A DNA stretch of 63,852 nt, filler included, from Collodictyon triciliatum (taxonomy: Eukaryota): assembly GCA_043381765.1 (NCBI GenBank). It is 6 parts of 6 records of this genome, joined end to end, with 100 filler letters (N's around TTAATTAATTAA, not from the genome) between each part and the next. Parts side by side here need not be neighbours in the genome. Positions count along the whole stretch, not along the records: positions 53,684 to 58,979 come from JBHJMP010000720.1; positions 59,080 to 63,852 come from JBHJMP010000721.1; 4 more parts are not named here. One strand, written 5' to 3'. Below the pieces are notes generated by a model, which was not told the DNA's origin, ran no database searches, and saw only the letters and a list, made by a program, of their open reading frames with translations. Positions 53,684 to 63,852 of this stretch are shown piece by piece. How positions within the stretch are numbered: position 1 is the first letter of the stretch; every line of letters begins with the position of its first letter. The translations under genes and the position numbers were made by a program.

Positions 53684-53819
53684 AAAACACAACAAAACAC
53701 AACAAAACACAACAACAAAAAAAAAAAAGAAAACAAAACAGAAAAAGAAAAAAGAAATGAGAGTAAAAGTAAAAAAAATCAACAGTAAAGCAATCCAACC
53801 CAGCAGGATTGACAAAATT

Positions 53820-56800
53820 TACATGGAACTTTGTTCCTCGAACCCATAACTTTGCCCTCGTTATACAATTCAGCCGTGGACTAGCGGCGACTGCAATTCA
53901 AACATTTATCAAAAAGCGTTCTTACGCTGCCGTAATTTTTATGATAAATATTGATATTGCTGATATGTAAGTAAGATGTACGCAAGTGATCAGTGCTTGG
54001 AACTTCTTGAAGCATTGACTCCACGATGATGATTTCAGGATTAATATATATTTGCCCCTATTAATTCATATTAAAAGCCAAAGACAGTAGAATAAGCATA
54101 GTTTTGATTCAGGTGTTAACAGTGCCACCGACACAAAAGTTTGATATTAAATGAGCTCATAAATTTATTTTAAAAAAGTATACATGAACATGGTTTTTCA
54201 TTCATAATATATGTATATATAATGGCTAAGGAAGCGAGGGAAAAAAATGCAAACTGTCTTTGGTGCCTTTTGAGCTAGTTTTGAGAAATCTATTATTTTA
54301 TTTGGCCCATAAATAACCGTCCTTGCGTTTGTAATAAGCTTCGAGAGCCCCATCAAGTCAACAGATGAGTGAGCTATTAGAAACATAATGAAAGAAAATT
54401 CGATAAGAGAAAAAAATGGTATAGATTAGGTCCAATTTTTGGAAATATAACCAATTTACATGGAAATATTTGAAATGTTTAGGAAAGTATCAGTACATAA
54501 GAAAAAAATAAGTGATACAGTTGAAACGATGAACTCGTTAATATATTGATAGAGATTTGTCATTTTACGATTTTCAGCTTGTTTTTTAAGACACTCCCGA
54601 ATTAAATGAAGTGCCGATGGACCATGGTTGACGTAAAATGTAGATGAAGATACTTGTATACCACAATCTTCTAATTCACTTTTTTCTAACTAAGAAAAAT
54701 AGAAATTTTGTCAAATTTATTGTCTTGTGAATGGATCTCGAACACATCGCATGTGAACTCTTTTAAGGATATTTTCAAGGGGGACGAAGGGGAATGATGG
54801 AGAACAATATTGGAAACCCCTCTACCTTTTTTTCAAGACAGTGGGGCACTTGATTTTCTGATGAAGAAAACAATATAAAGTCTGTTTCGTCTCTACAGAA
54901 ATTGAATTGAATGAAAATACATTTTGGATTATAAACTCTGGTATCATGGCATAAATAGGTGAACAAGCTAGAGTTCATACACGAATTTTTCAATGAGCGG
55001 CCATGGTGAATGAACGAGAAAAGAATCTGCATTCAGTACAAACGGGCTATATCCCCAACTCAATACTGCATGACATTATATTTAGACGGTAGAGAAATGT
55101 TTGAATGATCATATTTATAATACGTTAATAGCATATTCATAGTAGTATTTAATTACTAAGTATCTATATGAAAGTGAATTAGTTCTAAAAAAAAAAAAGG
55201 TAGTAAAGTTGTATTGAAAAAATTGATTTTAAAAATGGAGTGCTTCTGTAAAAATGAATATAGAGGAGCAAAGGAATACCAAATAAAATAATATGAAAGT
55301 TGAGAAAACAAAAGAAAACCCGAATGCACATAGTAGAGTTTGCTGAGAGGATTTCCTGTGCGGAATTGGGGATGATAGATTGACTCCGATATCCCAAGTT
55401 TCTCCAAAGTCTTTCACAAAAAATGGTCATCAATATTAATGAATTGGATGAGAGTAATATACTCGTCTATGTAAGGATATGATTTTTTTCTAAAATAGTA
55501 TTTTAGTGCCTGGATATCGAGAGTTGCAAATACCTTTCCCACATACAGATTTGAGGCAACAAAAATGAAATTATGTATATTAAGAGACTTCATCTGGTGC
55601 CATAGATTTACGGCCAGAGGGAAGCTTTGTGATTAGAAAAGCGAAAAATTAGATAACAGGTCGACTTCTCTATTTCTCTGAGTTATTGGAACAATATATG
55701 TGAGTTAAAAATTAAGAGAATTAAAATATCGATATTCTTGGTTATATGGGAATATGTGTACTCTGTTTTCTTAACAAATATCAAAATTATCCTTTTATCT
55801 ACACTCCGACTAATTAGAAGCTTCTGGAAAGGATCGATTATCTGATAGTCCTCTACGAAGTGTTATGAGAATGTGAGAGATAGACTCGTCTAGGTGGCGA
55901 GGAAAAATTGCAGGATTAATAACTTGTAGCAAAATTAAATAGAAAAAAAAACCTTCGGTGCAGTCTTTGGAGGTGAACCCAATATCACATACACATATAG
56001 CACCTTTTTTGCAACTTTTTCCGTGTGATCTACATCCAGATCCACAAACTAAACAAGAAGGGATTGGATATGATCATTTTGAAATAATTAAGAATGGAGA
56101 GAAAAAAAAAAAAAGGAGGGGGGGGGGGGGGGGGTGGGGGAAAAAAANNNNNNNNNNNNNNNNNNNNNNNNNNNNNNNNNNNNNNNNNNNNNNNNNNNNN
56201 NNNNNNNNNNNNNNNNNNNNNNNNNNNNNNNNNNNNNNNNNNNNNNNGGGGGGGAGGGGGGAGGGGGGGAAGGGGGGGGGGGGGGGAGGGGGGGGGGGGG
56301 GGGGGGGGAACGCCATAATGCTAAATGGCTAATTACAACAAACTGCTACGTTATAATCGGATATGATTGCATTCTTTATAAATATGAAAACAATTTGGGA
56401 AAACTCAAACCCGTCACTTCGAACTCGTATTTTTGTTGGGATGTAGACAATTCAATTTCGATAAGATAGTCTCTGGGTTTTATCTTGGTTGGGATATGGC
56501 ACTTGGCCTCAATAATGGCATCCAAATTGTTGTCCTAAAATCGTTGGTAAAGCTCAAGATAAAAACGTGGCTACATTACAAAAGTAATTAAATTTATTTT
56601 TTCCAGTTTTTAATGTGTTTCCAAACGTTTTGTATTATTTGGAAATTTAGATGCATGGAAATGTGTGAAGATTCGGAATGGCACCTTGAACTTCATATTC
56701 GGAAAAGTAACATCATATTTCAGAACAGAGGTAGTATCAAAGTATATCATTTCATCGGTAGCACTCTGAACGGCAAAGGTTTTATGTAGCTCAGTACCAT

Positions 56801-58760
56801 TTAGTTTACAACTAAGGCTGGACTGACCTTAAAATAGAAGATTTAGATCAGGCAAGTTCTAAATTTCCTTTAATTAATTGAATTTCATCACTAAAATATA
56901 CTGAGTATATTTAATGATTGCGATTCCAATATGTTAATAGTGCTACAGTTTAACATGGTATTCATTTCACTAAATATTATGACCATTTTATTGATACTTA
57001 GTATTACATTAAAAAATTATTAAATTATGTTATTACAAGAAAACATGTTATTGGTTGCATATTTAGAAAAACCACTGTCGCTTACCAACTATGTTTGTTA
57101 AAAGAACTCTAATAAATTCTCCAGCGAATGACTTTGAGGCATCTATAGATGAGATGCATGTCTTTCGATTCTCTCCGAAACAATCCTCTGGTAGTTTGGG
57201 TTTGAACATGCCATAATCTTTTATAGCACTATTGGCCGCCTAGGAAAAGCAGAATTTATTTATCACAAATCATTTTAGCGGCTGTGTGGAAGTGAAAAAA
57301 AAAACTTTCACGGATATACATGTAATAATCATAACAATAATCATATCTAGAGGAAATATGATAATTATCACTACATTTAAATCTTGCGGTGGGCATTCAA
57401 CTTCAGCAGGATCATCTTCTCTCTTAGTTGACGAACATATTCCACCTAGATTTTACATATCATTAGATATCAATTCGAAATGATGTATCGTCCAACATCT
57501 GACGAAGAATTTTTTAACTATGAAATTTGTTGTTATTTTTCATTAGATTAAACCCCGCAGTATGTTGATGTTTTTTCCTTTGTTGAAAAGCATCATGTTG
57601 AATTGACAATCTTTTTTTTTTATTCTTCCTTTCAACTTTTGTGCAGGACCGAGGGGTTGAATTGACAATCATATGTTATATTGTAATAAGTCAAAATTAT
57701 ATCTTTTATTCCTATAACAGTTTGTAAGATGGTATACCTAAAAGACAGATTGCGCCAATCTCACCTCGGCAGGATTCGTCACACACTATTGATTATGGTA
57801 CATTCGATTAAGCTAATCCTAAAATTAGTATCCCTATTTGCCATATAAATTCAAATCGGCGGTCTATAAAGTATATATATGCATGAGGAAATGAGAATGA
57901 AATGTTTACCGGAAAGTCTTATATCATTCTCAAAGTCTTTCAAGATATAGCCACCTGCAGGTATTTTAATAGGAATCGAACACACTCTTTTTTCAGAATC
58001 AACCATCGTCATATCCTTTAATTCATAATTCATCCCTAAAATGAAAGAGAAACCACACAGTTTAGTCTTCGTAGTTCACCGACAAACAAGAATTAAGCAT
58101 AGGTATTGAGTAACAAATAACGAACTAAAAGAAAAAAATGAAAAATCAAGTGAAGAATATCTCATAAATTATATCAATTGATGTTTCAGTATTCATACGA
58201 ACATTCGGAAATAGACGATCAGATATACCTTCATTTCCTTGAGACACCAAAGAGGGGCAAACCAGATGTTTTCGTAGGTCAAAGTAAAATGTTTGGCCCA
58301 CAAAAACGGCCGCTATATCAAAACCTTATGTACAGCTTAGTGACTTGTTTTGCGTTCGGGTTATTAATGGAGGAAGATAACATATAAACGAAATTCAAAA
58401 AGCTGGGTAATCTGGGGGTACGTGATTAATAAAAATGTAGAAGATAATGTGCTCGCACTTATTGCATGCAACATGATTCGGCACTCAACCACTTTTAGTA
58501 TTTTACTTTTGTGACAACGGTAATATAATGTAATATAATGACTTGAGAGTGGTGGTGTGTTCTCCCGATAAACTTTTGAAAAGAAACGAGAGGTAATGAT
58601 TTAGAATTAAACCTGTAACATATGCCGGTTTTTGTTCTGAATCTGTGGTTATATCAGAGAATGACTCGTTGTTCATCAATGCCACATAGAGTAACACTGA
58701 GGACTGTACACACAGGAGCACAATTAGCCCCGCAGAAAACAAAACTCGCAGTGATAGCAT
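53820..58760 (-). CDS. Type II membrane protein with EGF-like motif and nucleotide-diphospho-sugar transferase (GT77/PF03407-like) domain; 3' truncated
   Basis: N-terminal anchor MLSLRVLFSAGLIVLLCVQSSVLLYVAL; EGF-like HGKSCKKGAICVCDIGFTSKDC; GT77-like blocks LAVNLWHQMKSLNIHNFIFVA, KLYYVHS|VLSWGYSPFVLNADSFLVHSPWP and VSSSTFYV. Confidence 0.55.
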
Positions 58761-58979
58761 ATCTGCGGGCGATAGAGACAATAAAAAAACCTACATCAGG
58801 AGGAAAAACTGAGGCTATAGCTGCCGTAAACATAACATATACTTCCCACTAAATACACTATATTTTTTTGTTTTTGTTGTTTTATGTTGTTTTTTTGTTG
58901 TTTTTTTGTTGTTTTTTTGTTGTTTTTTGTTGTTTTTTTGTTGTTTTTTGTTGTTTTTTGTTTTTTTTTTTTTTTTTTT

Positions 58980-59079
58980 NNNNNNNNNNNNNNNNNNNNN
59001 NNNNNNNNNNNNNNNNNNNNNNNTTAATTAATTAANNNNNNNNNNNNNNNNNNNNNNNNNNNNNNNNNNNNNNNNNNNN
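58980..59079. other. Artificial scaffold linker
   Basis: TTAATTAATTAA at 59024-59035 within a 100-nt N block. Confidence 0.95.
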
Positions 59080-59419
59080 ACACACACACACACACACACC
59101 ACCACCACCACCACCACCACCACCACCACCACCACCACCACCACCACCCAATGTGATCCATTTCCATAACAATATGCCACGCCCAAGGAAGGAAACATTC
59201 CGCAAATCGTAGTTGACAAGCTTGTAGTTTGGTTCATGTTCATATGACTACGCAACTTCTCTGACAGGGATTGATAAACGCGCCCTGTGTGGGTGGTGAA
59301 AAGCATAAAAATGTGCTGGTATTTTCTGGGGCCTATACCCTTCTCTTAAGTTTTATAGCATACTACTGTTCCATAGATTGTCCTAGTCGGGATGATAGTT
59401 CAATTCATCAAACAAATCA

Positions 59420-62400
59420 CTAGTCATTACCCAGTTTCTGGTGGCTGAGTTTCGTCTTCGTTTGGTTTTTACCGAATGAAAGCCACCTAAAATCTTACGG
59501 ACTTGAAGGGTGTTTGCTATTATAAACTGTGGTACGCAATTATGAATGACTTTTGGTGAGACGGTCGCAAGGGTGGCTCATATGCACGGAATAAAATGGA
59601 GAGAGAAAAAAGAGAGGTGGGTTTCCCCTTCAAGACTTTAAATATAGAACAATAAGTTTCGATAAAGACTTCGCCAAATGAGCGACCAAAACGGTGTCAT
59701 CAAAAGAAAAAAAAAGTGAATATTAGATACAGCAACCAAGTTGGAAAGGAAAGGAGAGGAAAAGGAGAGGAAAAGGAGAGGAAAGTAAGCAGTCAGAAAA
59801 AGAGGTCAATGAACAAGAATATCAAGGATTGGCATATCTATTTTTAATTGTAGAAAGAACTCGAGAGATGGTGATTTGAATGTTTCTTATTCCTTTTTTT
59901 CTTTTTTTTTTCTTTAGTTTTATAAACTACTACCTAGTCTACTTGGGAGTACGGATTTTTGGGAAGCTGGTATATTGCAAAATACCATAATATTAAGGAA
60001 AGAATCAAGCCACAAATGCTCACCAAGAGGACCGCAAGCACACCTGCCGTGCCCATCAGCGGAACCAAGCATGCAGTCCACAACCCACCACCGAAGACAG
60101 GCTCGAACAGCAACTGTTTTGGATTTGAATGGAGTTTTAGAATTTGGAATCGTTCGGAAATCAGAAGCAGAGTCTAGGAGAGGATGAGTCGAGAACACGG
60201 AATTTGTACTATTGCGATTCGGTTTATAAAACAAACCTGTTTGTATGAAAAGGACTCCAAAACCGGTGTTTCATTTTGTGGGTCAACCGAGCGAAGAAGC
60301 AAAACCCCTGTTGCCATCACACCCATTTCCTTATCGGATGTTTATCATGAATTATACAACTAGTTATTTTATGTTTTTCTTCTCTTTTTTACCTATCATA
60401 AATGTGGGTAGTATCTGGATAGTCAAGAAAATAATTGACTGGATATTAAAAATAAAAAAATAAAAAGGCAGTTCAGGCTTCGAATGCTACTGACTGAGTA
60501 CCTGTCCTAGTTCTGCCAACGCCCTTTCAAACCAGAAATCAGGAACCATCCGTGGGCAAATGAGAAAGAAGCAAATTATGTGCCAAGTAATACCAACTGC
60601 CATCAAAATCATAAATGGTGTTATGTTTTCCCACACTGCTTTAATATCCATTGTGGCAATGGCCCCAACCACCAAGAAATCGAGAGACGTCCCTGATATT
60701 CTTGAAATGAAGACACGGTTCACTATGCTCAATATGTTCAGAACCAAGACTGATCAAATCTTTTTTTTCCTTTATTCGATTCAAAGTTAGACTGATCAAA
60801 TCATAATGGCAACCTTAACCCCATCATTAAGTGGACTACATCTTTGGTAAATTGTGATGATAAACATGAAAGGCGCCAAGAACTTGTTGTCATGTGGTGA
60901 TAATTTAAAGGGATGATGAAGTAGAATTAAATATTTACATGGGTTGTTTGATGTCGTCTTCGATACCATATACCGTACCAGAATTCCACCAATCATGGCA
61001 AAAGGGAAAAGTGGAAAAGAATCGAAAAATGGATAAGCCTAATGCACATTGCATTTCATTTACTCTCATGATAAGCAGGTTATAGGCAATTATTAGAAGA
61101 CTCAATACAAACATTTATGTATATAATCGCGTACAATCTGGAGGAGAATAAACCTTTTGTGTCGGTGATAAATTTTCGATTGACACGAAAACTTGTCTGG
61201 TAAGTAACCCGACAAAGATAGACGTCGAGACAGCGACGATATGCAAGGTGAGGCTTTTAAGAGAAAAATTATAATATTATCGGGGGGATATTGCTTGGTT
61301 TGATTTCATGGGAGTAGGAATAAGGAGATTAATGTTTGTAATATCGAAGAGTACCAATCAATAACATTCTGCGAAGTAGACTGAAGCCCAGCCTGTGGTC
61401 TTTGGTGGACCTATGATAGTCTTCATTTAGTAAATATTGTTCTAAAAGAATTCAAGAATATATCACATAAAATTAGTAATAAAACACAAATATTGAAAAA
61501 AAATAGTATTTAACTGACTGGAAGGAAGAATGTGTCGGTAATCAAATGACTTGTATCCAAAAAATCGAGATTGATTTGAGACACAAATATGAAATCTGAG
61601 CCTCTTGTGCTATTAAGCTAATATATGTATGCAATTCAATTTATATGTGCGTTAATATTGTAATATGTTGGATACTACACCGAATATTGATTTTGATTTG
61701 CAGAAAAATACAAGTGTTATGAAATTTCATAAACTCATTAAAATTGCTATTTTTTATTTTTATTGTATTTTTCTGCACATCCATCTGTGAAATATCAATT
61801 ATTCATAATTAAATTTTGTCTCAGAATATTCTAATATAATGAAAAAATGAGAACTTGCTTGATTAGAATTATGGATGGATTCTTCATCAAGTATGGCAGT
61901 ATCAGCACGGTCGCGCAACCAGCCTTTCCGCACTCCTAAGTTGACTAGAGTCATCCCAATAGTAACTGCTCCCAAAAGCCCAACCGTAGCTGAGGCCAGT
62001 CCCAGAGATTCTCCCTCTTCAAAGTCAAAATCATCCATAACCTTGAAGATTCCATTTTACGAAATATGTTAATTTAATACAAGATACGAAAATAAGACAT
62101 TAACAAAGAATATTATAGGAATATAAAGTGTGAGGAGAAAAAAATAGGGAAAGCCGTTCTATATTAAATGAAATATGGTGCCTTATGAAGTTAAAACACG
62201 AAAAAGTAGCAAAGATATTGTGAGTTTATGGCGGAATGAGACTCATATTACATCGAATAAAATAAAAAGGATCTTCCTTGATAACATATTGACGAAATTT
62301 GATTACTCGTGCCTATATCTAAAAATAATACCTCTTTAAGGGATGCTGCGGTTCCATGGCCTCCCTCAAACCCAATAGGTAAGATAATTCCAAAAAAGCG

Positions 62401-62733
62401 GTTGACTCCAAAAACAGGGGAAAGGAAGAAATAGGTCACTCCAATTCCTTTTGGTAACCAACCAATTATTGAGGGATTGTATAAATTACAAGTTTAACTT
62501 GGATAAATAATGAAGAATTTTTTACTTTATGGTTTTTATATGAATATAATAAAAAAAATAAGGGAGATAAGTGAGACAAAAGGATACCCAGTATATGCTG
62601 GCCCCAGTTTACTACAAGGCCGTAACAAAATTGAGGACAACCAGACTCCCACATTTTTCTGGCTGGGGGAATCTCATTCCCAAGGAAAAGGCACGCAAAG
62701 TTTATGTTGATGAGGAAGCCTGCAAGATATGTC

Positions 62734-62771
<38 letters not shown>

Positions 62772-63661
62772 TTTTTATTATAAAAAACCAAANNNNNNNN
62801 NNNNNNNNNNNNNNNNNNNNNNNNNNNNNNNNNNNNNNNNNNNNNNNNNNNNNNNNNNNNNNNNNNNNNNNNNNNNNNNNNNNNNNNNNNNNTTTTTTTT
62901 TTTTTTTTTTTTTTTTTCTTCTTCTCTTTTTTTAAAAGAATAAATTTTTTCTTTTTTTTTTTTTTTTTTTGAAATAATGAATACAGAATTTGTGTTATAC
63001 AGTACCCAAAACAGCATTACTTTATTGGTTATGGCTGATCTTCATGATATATGATGATTGTTTTTCCCATTTTTTATACAGCAGAGAAGTGTAATCATAT
63101 GTTCTCTCACAGCCAATACAGTATGTAGTGATAAGGGTTCCAGGGATTAACATATCTTATTTTCAGTCAGGAAGAAGCTTTATTAAAAAAAACAACAAGA
63201 ACAAGAAAAAGAAAAAGAAAAAGAAAAAGAAAAAGAAAAAGAAAAAGAAAAAGAAAAAGAACAAGAACAAGAACAAGAACAAGAACAAGAACAAGAACAA
63301 GAACAAGAACAAGAACAAGAACAAGAACAAGAAGCACGTGAAAGGTTCAGACGAGGCAGGAAATAGTATAGATATTGGAAACATGAGAAGAGTAAAGAAG
63401 AAAAATAAGTCACATGCGCAAAGGTAGACAATTATGTATTTGGATCGCATACCAGCCAAGAGTCCAATCCGTCAACAGTCCAGGGTTCGTATGTTCTGTT
63501 ACTTGAATGATCAATAGGCCCAGAGAACCTGCGATGACTGAGACAGGCAAATACAGGCGGGAAAGGAGGCGGACGTTTGCCCGCAGGATGGATCCAACAA
63601 GAAGCAGCAGACAGATTGCTGACACTGATTGGACGCCGTCTGTGGAGGACACGCCAGTCAT
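59420..63661 (-). CDS. gltS: Sodium/glutamate symporter (GltS/ESS family), intron-containing
   Basis: RLYLPVSVIAGSLGL, FLININFACLFLG, IGFEGGHGTAA, LGLASATVGL, FPLFPFAMIGG, RISGTSLDFLVVGAIATM, WFERALAELGQ|EMGVMATGVLLLRSVDP and FSYKQ|LLFEPVFGGG. One short exon is unresolved, probably in the gap. Confidence 0.88.
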
Positions 63662-63852
63662 TATCCTGCATAGTTCAAACACGCGCACAGACAAACACAT
63701 ACGACATCGTGTGAAAATATTAGTTTTGGGTCAAGCAATCGCTTTCTGTTTTGGTTCTTTTTTCTTTTTTCTTTTTTCTTTTTTCTTTTTTCTTTTTTCT
63801 TTTTTCTTTTTTCTTTTTTCTTTTTTCTTTTTTCTTTTTTCTTTTTTCTTTT

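Noticed and set aside
55426-55489. ATATCCTT...AC on the minus strand resembling a U12 AT-AC intron after a 9-nt microexon
   Set aside because: It leads into the wrong frame for the GT77-like motif KLYYVHS|VLSWGY; an ordinary GT-AG intron explains the region.
59150-59420. Possible 3' exon of a plus-strand gene at the scaffold start
   Set aside because: No recognisable motif and too little context to support a call.

Overview
Intron-rich, AT-rich, microsatellite-laden nuclear DNA from a ciliated/flagellated eukaryote, probably a protist, using the standard genetic code. The window is not one locus: five artificial N44-TTAATTAATTAA-N44 linkers join six scaffold pieces. Hand-spliced genes: a pappalysin (M43B)-like metalloprotease with FN3 domain and membrane tail, a two-repeat Myb protein, CWC22, a 2xGAF class I phosphodiesterase, UFD1, TMEM107, a CFAP47 fragment, an LRR-SH3 protein, a single OB-fold protein, acetyl-CoA synthetase, a GT77-like glycosyltransferase, and an intron-containing bacterial-type GltS Na+/glutamate symporter. 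The most notable element is invisible in the ORF track: a decayed Fanzor2 (eukaryotic TnpB-like RNA-guided nuclease) at about 41544-42290 (-), followed directly by a roughly 115-nt foldable segment where the omegaRNA and right end would lie. All homology calls come from motif recognition against remembered family consensus, not database searches. Exon boundaries are manual and some are uncertain.
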